In this document: one piece after another, positions 30,022 through 39,917 of the stretch
How positions within the stretch are numbered: position 1 is the stretch's first letter
How the letters are laid out: each line of letters begins with the position of its first letter
Assembly: GCA_037925075.1 (NCBI GenBank)
Contig: JAXSNR010000001.1
Coordinates: 64,001 to 128,000, forward strand
Direction of reading: 5' to 3'
DNA: 64,000 nucleotides
From: Aquificaceae bacterium
Lineage (GTDB): Bacteria; Aquificota; Aquificia; Aquificales; Aquificaceae
The notes under the pieces: generated by a model
Seen by the model: only the letters and a program-made list of their open reading frames with translations
What the model was told of the DNA's origin: nothing
Database searches by the model: none
Made by a program: the position numbers and the translations under genes

Positions 30022-32622
30022 ATGTTTCTTCTCATTCTTTTCTTCTTTTTCCCCCTAAGCCTCTTTGCCCAAGTTTTCCTAATGTCCAACTACCCCCTTA
30101 GGAAAAGCAACATAGAGCAGGTTATAAATAAACAGAATTATAGGGAAATGGTGGAGATGCTAAAAAAGATAGAGGATGTGAAAGATGTCTACCTCATGGA
30201 AGGCGAAGAGGTGTACATCTACATAGAGAGGTTCCCCATCATCAGGTCTATACACATAAAGGGAAACTTGGCACTCATCAGAGAGGAGATACTTTCTTAT
30301 CTTGGTTTTTACGAGGGTATGCCGGTACGAGGTCCAGAGTTCAACGAAGGAGATGTAGAGGGTAGGATAAAAAGGCTATACATGGATAGAGGTTTTCTTG
30401 ATGCATCTGTGGGGGTTACGCTGGTAAAGGACGAAAATGGCTATATAGACCTGTACATAGGGATAGATGAGGGGCCTGTGTATTTTACAGAGGGGGGAGT
30501 TTACAAGGGTACAAGCTACAACGCTTCTCTTTTGGACGAGGCTATGGGGCTTGTAAAGGGTAGAGTGGTAAAGGAAAGCTTTTTCAGAGAAAGCGTGTTC
30601 CAGCTTCAGGACTTTTACATTGGGGAAGGGTTCTGGGACAGCTTTGTTTATTACGAGGGGCTGGAAAGGATAAGGCTAAACAGACCTTTCTACCATGTTC
30701 TTATGCCAATGGATAGAAGTGTAAGGAAAAGACCTCTCAGACTTTTTGGTTCTTTGTCTGAGGGTATATCAAACCTTTTTAGCCACCCAATTGCTACCCT
30801 TAGAGCCTTGACTGGGAAAGGGTTTGTCGCAAGACCCGTTTTTCAGATAATTGAGGGCAAGAGGTACAGAATCCATTGGGAAGGGGCGAGCTTTTTTAAG
30901 GAAAAGGACCTCATCCGCATAAGCGGTTTAGAAGAGAAGGGCGTTGACCCCTTTTCCCTTGAGGAGGCAAGGGAAAACATAATAAACGCATACCACAAAA
31001 AGGGTTTTTTTGATGTGAAGGTTGAATATGAAATGGCAGGAGATAGCATAAATTTCAAAATACAGGAAGGGGATAGGTACACGGTAGTGGGAGAGGGCCT
31101 TAACGAACAGTTTTATGACGAGGACGCACTGGAGAAATTGCTTGAATCTGAGCTTGAAAAATTACACAAAGATGGTTATACACTTGCGGAAGGTAGGTTA
31201 AAAAAAGAAGTTCTTAGAGAAAAAAAGGAGGTCAAAGTAAATTTTGATATAAACCCGGGGAAAAGGCAAATACTAAAGGATGTAATTTATGAAGGAGAAA
31301 ATAAGGATATAAAAGTGCTTTTTAGGAAGTACAAAGATAAACTACCAGCCATATTCAACACCAACTTGATTGAAGCCATAAACATAGACCTACAAAACTA
31401 TTTCCTTAAAAAGGGTTTCATGGAGGGCAGTTTTGACATAGACGTTAAAATTCAAGAGGAGGAGGAAAACCTTTTTTACATATACACGTACAAAGTGAAG
31501 GAGGGGGAAGTCTACGGGCTTGGTAATACCATCTACTATGGATATGAAAAAACTTCACTCCGGGAGCTTTCTTACATGACAGAAAAGGCAAAGAATTACT
31601 CGCAGAGTCTTGACGATACCACGCTGAATAACATGTTAACCAGCGGAGTTTTCAATGGTGTGTCTATAAATACCTTTGTGGACAAGGAAAAAAAATTAGT
31701 GCACCGACTGATTCAGGTGTCGGAGGACAAAAGGGGCATGTTTGACCTTTCTCTTGGATACAACACCGAAGAAAACATATCTGCGGAGGTTTTTCTTGGA
31801 TTGAAGCACCTATTGGGGATAGGGCTTTCCTCTGGCTTGAAATATAAGAAAACGGGTAAGAGAGAGCTTTACGAACTTAGCCTTTCTGACAACTTCCTCT
31901 TTTCGAGCAGATACTGGTTCAAATCTAACCTGTTCAAGACCTATGAAGAGCATAAAAGCTATAATCTGAACTCATACGGTTCTAACCTTCAGTTAGGATA
32001 CAGAATAACAAGGAATACATCCGTAGGTCCTGTTTTTAGCCTTCTCAAGAACGAGGTAGACGGGCAGAGGTATAACCTTAAAAAGTATGGAGTTTTTCTT
32101 CTTAGGGAGTTCAAAGATGACCTTTTCTCACCAAGCAGAATACACTACGATAGCGTGAGCCTTAGCTTTGTGGAAGGCGATGCACGCTACGCAAAGTTTG
32201 AGCTATCCACCTTCTATCTTATACCAATGCCAAAAGACCTTAAGCTTAGCTTCAAAGTGGCGGGAGGAGGAGTCTGGGGTGATGCACCCATATTTGACAG
32301 GTTTTTCCTTGGAGGTCTCAAGGATTTAAGGGGATATTCCTTTGAAGAAGTGGGTCAACCCAAGGGTGGTAAGTATTACAGCTTTGGCAGGCTTGAATTC
32401 ATACTTCCTTTCAAAGAGCCCTTTATAGGAGTTGTTTTTGCGGATGCTGGAAGTGTTGCGGACGGACCTAAAAACTTGCTTAAAGATATCAAAACGGATG
32501 GGGGCTTTGCCTTAGGGATAAACACACCCATAGGACCCATTAGGCTTGATGTGGCTTTTCCCTTTGAGAGAAAGTGGCTCAGTAGGTTTAAAGTTTATCT
32601 TTCTGTAGGCTATTACTACTGA
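30022..32622 (+). CDS. Omp85 (BamA/TamA) family outer membrane protein
   Basis: POTRA-like repeats; FFLGGLKDLRGY, TPIGPIRLDVAFP; C-terminal aromatic residue. Confidence 0.9.
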   Translation: MFLLILFFFFPLSLFAQVFLMSNYPLRKSNIEQVINKQNYREMVEMLKKIEDVKDVYLMEGEEVYIYIERFPIIRSIHIKGNLALIREEILSYLGFYEGMPVRGPEFNEGDVEGRIKRLYMDRGFLDASVGVTLVKDENGYIDLYIGIDEGPVYFTEGGVYKGTSYNASLLDEAMGLVKGRVVKESFFRESVFQLQDFYIGEGFWDSFVYYEGLERIRLNRPFYHVLMPMDRSVRKRPLRLFGSLSEGISNLFSHPIATLRALTGKGFVARPVFQIIEGKRYRIHWEGASFFKEKDLIRISGLEEKGVDPFSLEEARENIINAYHKKGFFDVKVEYEMAGDSINFKIQEGDRYTVVGEGLNEQFYDEDALEKLLESELEKLHKDGYTLAEGRLKKEVLREKKEVKVNFDINPGKRQILKDVIYEGENKDIKVLFRKYKDKLPAIFNTNLIEAINIDLQNYFLKKGFMEGSFDIDVKIQEEEENLFYIYTYKVKEGEVYGLGNTIYYGYEKTSLRELSYMTEKAKNYSQSLDDTTLNNMLTSGVFNGVSINTFVDKEKKLVHRLIQVSEDKRGMFDLSLGYNTEENISAEVFLGLKHLLGIGLSSGLKYKKTGKRELYELSLSDNFLFSSRYWFKSNLFKTYEEHKSYNLNSYGSNLQLGYRITRNTSVGPVFSLLKNEVDGQRYNLKKYGVFLLREFKDDLFSPSRIHYDSVSLSFVEGDARYAKFELSTFYLIPMPKDLKLSFKVAGGGVWGDAPIFDRFFLGGLKDLRGYSFEEVGQPKGGKYYSFGRLEFILPFKEPFIGVVFADAGSVADGPKNLLKDIKTDGGFALGINTPIGPIRLDVAFPFERKWLSRFKVYLSVGYYY

Positions 32623-32762
32623 GGCTTTCTCCTTTCAATTTTTTGCTTGTACTCTTCTATCTTCTCCTTTCTGTGTTGAGGGTTTGAAAAGTAAAGGACG
32701 CTTATCAAAAAGGATGCAAGGGAAAGGATAAGAAGTACAAAGAAGACAATAGCTTTTTTCAT
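32616..32762 (-). CDS. Small single-TM hypothetical protein (48 aa)
   Basis: Below track cutoff; MKKAIVFFVLLILSLASFLISVLYFSNPQHRKEKIEEYKQKIERRKPQ. Confidence 0.55.
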   Translation of the reverse strand: MKKAIVFFVLLILSLASFLISVLYFSNPQHRKEKIEEYKQKIERRKPQ

Positions 32763-32768
32763 GTTCTT

Positions 32769-32788
32769 AAAAGGGGGTAGGAACCCCC
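32769..32788 (-). terminator. Intrinsic terminator after coxA
   Basis: Minus strand GGGGG-ttccta-CCCCC-TTTT just after the coxA stop. Confidence 0.55.
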
Positions 32789-32794
32789 AAGGTC

Positions 32795-34414
32795 TTATTG
32801 CTTTTTGTGGTGTTTTTCAAGCCAATCGTAGTTGTAGGGGTCCCAGTCTTCTGGCATGTGCGGAATTTTATCAAAGTTGTGTGGAGGTGGTGGAGAAGGA
32901 ACTAACCATTCAAGGGATGGGGATTGCCAAGGGTTGTCCTCCGCCTTTTTGCCGAACTTGGTAGAGAGTATGAGGTTTAGAACCGCCAAAGCTATACCTA
33001 TACCAAGTATCATAGAACCTATGGTTTGCAGTTCATGAAGCCTTATCCAGCTTTCTATGGGTGGGTAGTCCGCATACCTTCTGGGCATTCCCTCCAGACC
33101 CACTATAAACTGTAGGAAATAAAAGAGATTAGAACCTATCATGATAAGCACGAGGGCTATCTTAGCCCATAGCTCACTGTACATCCTACCCGTATACTTA
33201 GGATACCAGTAGTGAAAGCCACCAAAGACTGCGAGGGTAAGAGCCATACCAAGCACGTAGTGAAAGTGAGCCACAATAAAGTGAGAATCATGCACCGCTA
33301 TGTCAAAGGCTGGAAGACCAAGGGGTATTCCTGTAAGACCACCTATCAGGAACATAAATATGGCGGAAAGTATGTATAGCATTGGTGCAGTAAATCTTAT
33401 GGAGCCCTTATATAGAGTGAAGATCCAGTTGAATATTTTTATACCCGTTGGCACACCTATGAGAACAGTAGTGTAAGAGAAGATTATCCTTATCCAATCT
33501 GGCACACCACTGGTGAACATGTGGTGTATCCAAACCATAAAGCCAAGTATGGCTATGCCCCATATGGCAAGTATCATAGAGGTCCTTCCAAATATCTCCC
33601 TTCTTGAGAAGGTGGCTATTATCTCGGATATAACACCAAAGGCGGGTAGTATCATCACATAAACCACAGGGTGAGAATAGAACCAGAAGAGGTTTTGATA
33701 AAGCAGTGGGTCCCCACCCCTTGTGGGGTCAAAGAAGGCGGTGTGGAAATACTTATCCATAAGGAGCATGGTTACAGCACCTGCAAGGGCTGGCACACCC
33801 AGTATCTGGATTACGTTCATGGCAAGGAAGGCATGCAAGAAGAGGTTCATCTTCTTTAGAGTTATTCCCGGTGCCCTCATGGTGAGGTTTGTCACCACAA
33901 GGTTTATGGCAGCAGCCAAAGAGGAAGCACCTAGAAGATGAATGATAAGAACATAAAAGGCAACAGGTCCTGCGTTCTCGTTTAAAGAGAAGGGAGGGTA
34001 TCCTGTCCACATCATCCTTATGTGATTGCCCGGGAGAAGAGTGAGAAGAGCAAGCACGCTGGCGGCGAAGAAAAACCAGTAGCTAAGAGCGTTGAACCTT
34101 GGGAAAGCCACATCCCTTGCTCCTATCATAAGGGGCAAGAGATAGTTTCCAAAGGAGCTCCATATGGCAACAGCCCACCAGAACTGCATTAGAACTCCAT
34201 GCACTGTGAGAGCCTGGTTGTATGCGTCTTCTCCCATGTATTGAAGACCCGGTTGGTACAGCTCCATCCTTATGGCAAGAGCAGAAAGTCCGGCGATCAG
34301 GAAAAACACAAGACTAGTAACGCCGTACAATATGCCTATCTTCTTGTGGTCTGTGGTAAATATCCACTCCTTTAGTCCTGCACTGAAATACGGCCTGTAG
34401 CTTATCGCTGCCAT
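32795..34414 (-). CDS. coxA: Cytochrome c oxidase subunit I (A2-type)
   Basis: DHKKIG, WTGYPP, WFYSHPVVY (YS motif), WIHHM, HFHY, GMPRRY. Confidence 0.95.
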   Translation of the reverse strand: MAAISYRPYFSAGLKEWIFTTDHKKIGILYGVTSLVFFLIAGLSALAIRMELYQPGLQYMGEDAYNQALTVHGVLMQFWWAVAIWSSFGNYLLPLMIGARDVAFPRFNALSYWFFFAASVLALLTLLPGNHIRMMWTGYPPFSLNENAGPVAFYVLIIHLLGASSLAAAINLVVTNLTMRAPGITLKKMNLFLHAFLAMNVIQILGVPALAGAVTMLLMDKYFHTAFFDPTRGGDPLLYQNLFWFYSHPVVYVMILPAFGVISEIIATFSRREIFGRTSMILAIWGIAILGFMVWIHHMFTSGVPDWIRIIFSYTTVLIGVPTGIKIFNWIFTLYKGSIRFTAPMLYILSAIFMFLIGGLTGIPLGLPAFDIAVHDSHFIVAHFHYVLGMALTLAVFGGFHYWYPKYTGRMYSELWAKIALVLIMIGSNLFYFLQFIVGLEGMPRRYADYPPIESWIRLHELQTIGSMILGIGIALAVLNLILSTKFGKKAEDNPWQSPSLEWLVPSPPPPHNFDKIPHMPEDWDPYNYDWLEKHHKKQ

Positions 34415-34429
34415 GGTAGTGCACCTCCT

Positions 34430-35146
34430 TTAAAGGTTTTGTTTATTGGATTCATTGCTTGTTTGCATACCTTCCTTCATCCATCTTTCAAACTCTTCTT
34501 TTGGGACCACCTTTAGGACAGCCGCCATTTTGGAATGCTGAGTACCACAGTACTCCCTACAAAAGGTCCAGTAGTCGCCGGGCTGGTTTATCTGGAACCA
34601 AAGGTGAGTTATCCTTCCGGGGACGCAATCTTCCATAACCTTTGCAGGATGCACATAGAAGGAATGAAGCACATCTCTGGAAGTACAAAGCACTTTTACT
34701 GGTGTTCCCGCAGGAATATAAGCCTTGAACATGTCATTGACCTTGTCCGGGCTAAGGTATGCGTTAGTTTCTGGGTTTACAACACTGTTGAAAAAGGAGT
34801 AGACCTTTTTTCCGTTTGGATATTCAAATTCCCAACCCCACATGAAGGCGGTAACCTTTATCTCCATGGCACTCTCAGGCGCGGTTCTTTGCACCTTGTA
34901 AAAGGCAAAGCTATGCGTCGCCAAGTATATAACCACAATTGTGGGTATTATAGTCCAAAGGACTTCAAGGGCTTTGCTTTCATGCACATGTTGAGCCTTT
35001 TCGTTGGCCCCTTTCCTGTATCTGTACTTTATGAGGAAATAGGCTCCCGGGATGAATACCACAAGGTAGATGGCCACCGCCACAAAGAGCCAAATCTCGT
35101 ACATGGTCTGCCAGTAATTGGCAGGATAGGCAAGCACTTCCTTCAT
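34430..35146 (-). CDS. coxB: Cytochrome c oxidase subunit II
   Basis: LEVLWT, DVLHSF, CREYCGTQHSKM CuA motif. Confidence 0.95.
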   Translation of the reverse strand: MKEVLAYPANYWQTMYEIWLFVAVAIYLVVFIPGAYFLIKYRYRKGANEKAQHVHESKALEVLWTIIPTIVVIYLATHSFAFYKVQRTAPESAMEIKVTAFMWGWEFEYPNGKKVYSFFNSVVNPETNAYLSPDKVNDMFKAYIPAGTPVKVLCTSRDVLHSFYVHPAKVMEDCVPGRITHLWFQINQPGDYWTFCREYCGTQHSKMAAVLKVVPKEEFERWMKEGMQTSNESNKQNL

Positions 35147-35940
35147 GGGTGCACCTCCTTTCTATTCTTGTTGTATAAGTATGCAAGGGCAAAAGTGCCT
35201 AAAATACCAAATATGCCAACGCCCGCAAATATCAATGTTGGGTCTATAAGGTACCTACTTCTTGCATGGTCGTACCTATAACAGGCAAGAAGGGCAAGGT
35301 CCACAAGGTTGTTTATTGAGGGCTTTTCTCTTTTAGCATCCAAAAAGGCAAGGCTTACATCCCTGTCCCTGAGAAAGGCACCGTACAGATACCTCATCAT
35401 CTTACCATCTGGAGAAAGGAATATGGTTGCGTTGGGATGTATAAATATCTTGTCTCTGTCTATGAAGTAGAACCTGTATCCCACAGATTGGGTTATCTTT
35501 CTTATGTCTTCTTTTGAGAGAATGCCCACAAGCCAATTATCTGGCATATGAGTAGTGCCAAAGTTTTTTAGCATGAAGTTTTTCATAGTTTCAAGGTTAT
35601 CCCTTTCGTCAAAGGAAAGGACCACATATCTGTAATCTTTGGAGAGGTTTTCTGAAATCCTATATAGGTGCTGTGCGCTTATGGGACAGACTGTGTCGCA
35701 AGTGTAGTAGGCAAAGAGAAGGGCTGTGGGCTTCCCCTTTATAAATTCCACAAGGCTTGTCTCTCCCTTTAGGGTTTTTACTTTCACATCTGGCACCTGT
35801 TTGCCTATAAAGAGGTCTTCTTGAACCTTTACCACGCTAACATCCTGCTCTCCATAGTAGCTTGTGTATCTACCGTATTCATAGGGTTCTCTTGCAAAGA
35901 TTACGGATAACATGGCCAATAAAAGGAAAAAAAGCTTCAT
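35143..35940 (-). CDS. SCO family copper chaperone
   Basis: YYTCDTVCP (CxxxC), IHPN, RYLYG; within the cox operon. Confidence 0.88.
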   Translation of the reverse strand: MKLFFLLLAMLSVIFAREPYEYGRYTSYYGEQDVSVVKVQEDLFIGKQVPDVKVKTLKGETSLVEFIKGKPTALLFAYYTCDTVCPISAQHLYRISENLSKDYRYVVLSFDERDNLETMKNFMLKNFGTTHMPDNWLVGILSKEDIRKITQSVGYRFYFIDRDKIFIHPNATIFLSPDGKMMRYLYGAFLRDRDVSLAFLDAKREKPSINNLVDLALLACYRYDHARSRYLIDPTLIFAGVGIFGILGTFALAYLYNKNRKEVHP

Positions 35941-36719
35941 GCCAAGCTACCTATTAGGTATGCACTGCTTGCCACAAGGAGCCACATTATATCCACAAAG
36001 TGCCAGTATAGGGTTATGGCTTTGATGTAAGTGTGTCCCTTATGGTTTCCAGCCTTGCCAGACAGTAAAAGGAACATAGCTACCAACATGGTAAGAAGAC
36101 CAACTACTATGTGAGAGGTGTGAATGCCTGTTAGCATGTAAAAGCCTGTCCCGTACATGTTTGAGCTAAGCGTAAAGCCCTCGTGCCAAAGGTGAAGCCA
36201 TTCCATCACGTGTATAACCATAAAGGCTGAGCCAAGGATCATGGTGAATAAGACAAAGATGGCAGATAGACCATTCTTACCCTTCTCAAAGAGCTTCTCC
36301 GCCATGGCCATGGTGGCACTAGAAGCCCAGAGGATGAAGGTAAGTATCAGAGGTATGGTGAGGTTCATACCCTTTGGAACCCATTGGGACCAAACCTCTG
36401 CATGGGTAGCCCTTGCCATGTAGAAACCCGCAAACATGGTCCCAAATATGACCACTTCGGACACTATAAAGAACATCATCGCGGGCATACCAAGCCCCTC
36501 TTCATGACCTTTGGAGAAGAACTCCTGTACCCACCCTGCAATACCGAGCACAAAGAGCACAAGACTGATACCACCAAAAACAAGAGCCAGCATAGGCTTT
36601 TGCCAAACCATAAGGGCTATAAAGGTGAGAGGAACCAGCAAGACCGCAATACCTACGGGTAGGGGCCAGTAGCTATACTCGTGCTCTCCAAGATGGTGGT
36701 GCACCTCGTGCTGTGTCAT
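35937..36719 (-). CDS. coxC: Cytochrome c oxidase subunit III
   Basis: FIVSEV, FYMLTGIHTSH, YWHFVDIMW. Confidence 0.92.
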   Translation of the reverse strand: MTQHEVHHHLGEHEYSYWPLPVGIAVLLVPLTFIALMVWQKPMLALVFGGISLVLFVLGIAGWVQEFFSKGHEEGLGMPAMMFFIVSEVVIFGTMFAGFYMARATHAEVWSQWVPKGMNLTIPLILTFILWASSATMAMAEKLFEKGKNGLSAIFVLFTMILGSAFMVIHVMEWLHLWHEGFTLSSNMYGTGFYMLTGIHTSHIVVGLLTMLVAMFLLLSGKAGNHKGHTYIKAITLYWHFVDIMWLLVASSAYLIGSLA

Positions 36720-36819
36720 TTTTTACCTCCTTTTAGGCTTATAAGCATGAAAAATATTATCAATTCCACTTGCAAACAATCAACCACAATTACTTATAGC
36801 AACATAATAAAAGCTTATA

Positions 36820-37719
36820 CTACTTGAAGGACATCTCCTTTATCTTCTCTCTCTCCTCTTTCCAGCTGAGCCTTCTTTGTACACTGACCACAAGGCTACT
36901 TACTTCCTGCCAAGGAAGGTCCATGTAGGTGGGAACCCCATATACAAGGGCGTTCTTTGCCTGATAGGAGAGGACTTTGACCACCCTTGAGGATTCACCT
37001 GTGGGTAGGACCGCATCCACTATGATATAGATTTTTGGGTCTCCTTGGTCTGCGGTGGGAAGGTTGTGGGGGATGCCCACGTTGGTTATTTTTAGCCTAA
37101 GCTTTTCACCTCTTTCTAACTGAATTTCTATATCCTCAGACTTTGCCATACCCGTTGGAAAGCTATGGTCATGTCTGGGCTTTTTGCTGTGGAAGTATTC
37201 GAAGGGAAACTTTTGCACAAGCCTTTTATCACCAAGAGAGGACATGTGGCAATCTTGACAGGATTTTTGAACCTTTGTCAGATGCCATTCTTTGTAAGTC
37301 TCCTGATGGCATCCCGCACAGAAAAAGGACTTAGCGTAGTTTAGGTCCTGCCTTGATGGATGAGGAGGCGACCATACCTTATGTGGTCCATGCATGGCCT
37401 TTGTTTGCTCCTTAAAGTGGCAAGCAATACAGGAGACACCATCATCCCTGAACTCAACCCTAAGGGTTGGTTTTACCTCTGGGTCAACCTGATGGGGTGC
37501 GTGGCAGGAAAGACATTTTGTTTTTGTATAACTCTCACTTTCAATCTTAAACCTCTCGCTTTTCCATGCCATGGCGTGCCTACTCTTTTCCCACTCTTTA
37601 AATATCTCCGCGTGGCAATCAGAACACCTCTTTGCCTGTGGCCTTTGGAGTAGGTCTTTTTCTACAAACACATCTCCACAGGAACTAATGAAAACAAGAA
37701 ACAAAAAAAGGACTTTCAT
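36820..37719 (-). CDS. Pentaheme c-type cytochrome, probable lipoprotein
   Basis: Five CxxCH motifs (CSDCH, CLSCH, CIACH, CAGCH, CQDCH); ISSC lipobox-like; C-terminal PHNLPT. Confidence 0.85.
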   Translation of the reverse strand: MKVLFLFLVFISSCGDVFVEKDLLQRPQAKRCSDCHAEIFKEWEKSRHAMAWKSERFKIESESYTKTKCLSCHAPHQVDPEVKPTLRVEFRDDGVSCIACHFKEQTKAMHGPHKVWSPPHPSRQDLNYAKSFFCAGCHQETYKEWHLTKVQKSCQDCHMSSLGDKRLVQKFPFEYFHSKKPRHDHSFPTGMAKSEDIEIQLERGEKLRLKITNVGIPHNLPTADQGDPKIYIIVDAVLPTGESSRVVKVLSYQAKNALVYGVPTYMDLPWQEVSSLVVSVQRRLSWKEEREKIKEMSFK

Positions 37720-37754
37720 TTTCCCCTCCTTGGATATATAATATTAACCTTGCA

Positions 37755-37827
37755 GGCCCGGTAGCTCAGTTGGTAGAGCACCCGGCTGAAAACCGGGGTG
37801 TCGGCGGTTCGACCCCGCCCTGGGCCA
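37755..37827 (+). tRNA. tRNA-Phe (GAA), CCA not encoded
   Basis: GGCCCGG/CTGGGCC acceptor stem, D-arm GCTCAGTTGGTAGAGC, anticodon arm CCCGG-CTGAAAA-CCGGG, T-loop GGTTCGACC; discriminator A followed by CTT. Confidence 0.96.
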
Positions 37828-38731
37828 CTTTCAAAAGCTCAACCCTTACCCTGTAGTCAATTAGTATCTCAATAGGCTTGCTTTTAAGCTCTGGATCAAG
37901 GAAGGGAATGGCATAGGGAGAGGTCTCTAACTTAAGCTTTTCCTCAGGAGAAAGAAGGTCCTCACAGCTTAGGCATGCTCCTGTGCCACCCCTTTTTCTT
38001 CCAACGCTCCTTGTGGAGAAGATCCCAAAGCCCAATTGCCTGAGTGCTTTTCTAATAGGTAAGGATGAGGTATAGGATACCCAAACACCCTTTTGGTCCA
38101 TAAGCCTTTTCACTTGAGAAAGAAACTGAAGGCTCCAAAGCTCTGGATTTCTGTAGGGAGAAAAGCCGTCATGAAAGACCGCATGAGCGTAAAACTCGGA
38201 AACTTCCAATATCTTCTCTCTCGCATCTCCAAGGTACAGCTTGAAGGAAATACCATTCTTTTCAAACTCAGGAAGGTTATCCCATAAGAGCCTGTGCAAG
38301 GCTTTAAACTCGTCAGGGAGTGGAGGCACCACCTGTGGCAGTTCCTTTTCAAAGGAGATGACCCTAAACTGTACCTTAGGGTTTATTTCCCTTAGCTTTT
38401 TTATGGCAACAGCCACATTGTAGCCAAGTCCAAAGCCTATATCCAAAAGGGTTATCTCCCTTTGGTGGCTTGCCTTATTAAGAAGCCCGGAGGGTTCAAG
38501 GAACTTTTCAAGGCACTCTCTCACTGAGCCCGCAAACACGCTATGGTATGGCTCGCCGTAGGTGGGATGGATGAGGGTGTAGTCGCCCGCCTGAGTTTGA
38601 AGGACACCCTTAGCCCTAATGGAAGGGCTTAACCAAGCTTTAAGCTCTGTAAGTACAGCCCTTATGCCTTTTTCTGATAGCTCAATTCCCCTTAATCTCA
38701 TGTATTCCTCTAACAGGTCTCTCAGGTCCAC
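37766..38731 (-). CDS. mnmD: Stand-alone MnmC2/MnmD (DUF752) tRNA mnm5s2U methyltransferase
   Basis: YGEPYHS..G, LDIGFGLGYN, GDA, HDGFSPYRNPELWS, GRKR. Confidence 0.85.
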   Translation of the reverse strand: MDLRDLLEEYMRLRGIELSEKGIRAVLTELKAWLSPSIRAKGVLQTQAGDYTLIHPTYGEPYHSVFAGSVRECLEKFLEPSGLLNKASHQREITLLDIGFGLGYNVAVAIKKLREINPKVQFRVISFEKELPQVVPPLPDEFKALHRLLWDNLPEFEKNGISFKLYLGDAREKILEVSEFYAHAVFHDGFSPYRNPELWSLQFLSQVKRLMDQKGVWVSYTSSLPIRKALRQLGFGIFSTRSVGRKRGGTGACLSCEDLLSPEEKLKLETSPYAIPFLDPELKSKPIEILIDYRVRVELLKVAQGGVEPPTPRFSAGCSTN

Positions 38732-38810
38732 AGTGTAATAAATCTAAATGACATTCTTGTGGTGTCAGGCGGAAGTTAGAAGATAGGGGTTCTATGATAA
38801 TATAACAGGG

Positions 38811-39917
38811 ATGCGAAAGCTACTTATTGCCCTTGTTTTTGTGCTGGTCGCGGTTCTGGTGCTTTTGTTTGCCATAAGAGGCAATAAGGTAAAGTATGCG
38901 GTGGCAAAGGAAGAGGAGGTATCAACCCTTGTTTATGGTTCTGGCTATGCGAGGGCAAGTCAGTATTCTGTGGTTAAGGCGGAAGTTTCTGGATATGTAA
39001 GCCAGATATTTGTAAAGGAGGGGGACTATGTAAAAAAGGGGCAGGTGCTTGCCCTGATGGACGCAAAGACCATAGAAGCCAGCATAAGGGAGGTTTCAGA
39101 AAGGATAAACCTTGTGCGTGAAAGGCTAAAAAAAAACTCACCCTATCTGAAAAGCCTTGAAAAGGCAATGGAGCAAGCCTATACAAACATGGAAAACAGC
39201 AAGAGACTCTTTGAAAGAAGGGAAAGGCTCTTTTCTCAAGGGCTTATACCAAAAGAAGCCTACGAGCAAAGCAGAACCCAATACGAGTTAAGCCTAAAGG
39301 AGTACGAAAGGGTAAAGAGCGGTTATGAGGATGCGGTAAAGACTCTCAAGTACGAAGAAAGAATTCTATCTGCGGAAAGGGAAAGGCTTTTGAGAGAAAG
39401 GGAGAAGTATGTTATAAAAAGCCCTATAGAGGGTTATGTACTTAAAAAGTTTGTGGAGGTGGGGGACTTTATAAACCATCTCAGTCAAGAAAACAAACTT
39501 TTTTCCATAGGCTCAAAGGATTGGGAGGTTTGGCTTGAGGTGGATGAGGAGTACGCGGGCATGCTAAAAGAGGGACAAAGGGTTATCCTTAGGCTTGACG
39601 CCTATCCCAATGAGAGGTTTGAAGGCAGAGTTATTCAGGTTATAAGAGAGGTAGACAGAAGTAGAAAGCTTATAACGGTAAAGGTCAGTGCGGAACTTCC
39701 AGAGGACCTGCCCAACGGCTCCACCGTAGATGGTCAGATAGAGGTGGAAAGGAGAAAGGCTCTTCTTATACCAGCCATTGCCTATAAGGATGGTTATGTG
39801 CTTTTGTACGATGGGGTAAGGAAGGTCAAAGTACCCGTAAAGGTAGGTAAAAAATATGGAGAATACCTTGAGGTAATGGAGGGGCTAAAGCCGGGAGATA
39901 GGGTAATACTACCATGA
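38811..39917 (+). CDS. MacA-like periplasmic adaptor subunit
   Basis: N-terminal anchor, lipoyl-like halves, long hairpin, GLKPGDRV. Confidence 0.88.
   Translation: MRKLLIALVFVLVAVLVLLFAIRGNKVKYAVAKEEEVSTLVYGSGYARASQYSVVKAEVSGYVSQIFVKEGDYVKKGQVLALMDAKTIEASIREVSERINLVRERLKKNSPYLKSLEKAMEQAYTNMENSKRLFERRERLFSQGLIPKEAYEQSRTQYELSLKEYERVKSGYEDAVKTLKYEERILSAERERLLREREKYVIKSPIEGYVLKKFVEVGDFINHLSQENKLFSIGSKDWEVWLEVDEEYAGMLKEGQRVILRLDAYPNERFEGRVIQVIREVDRSRKLITVKVSAELPEDLPNGSTVDGQIEVERRKALLIPAIAYKDGYVLLYDGVRKVKVPVKVGKKYGEYLEVMEGLKPGDRVILP

Noticed and set aside
34535..35281. Long antisense ORFs (also 42096..42767, 43056..43775, 60118..60999, 27641..28219)
   Set aside because: They lie opposite or across well-supported conserved genes and lack motifs; shadow frames.
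37828..38731. tRNA-Phe as an integration site
   Set aside because: No duplicate of the tRNA 3' end was found in the window and the flanks are core-type genes.
38749..38767. TGACA-N9-TGTCA dyad between mnmD and the MacA-like gene
   Set aside because: Only 5-bp arms and a single occurrence; could be chance.
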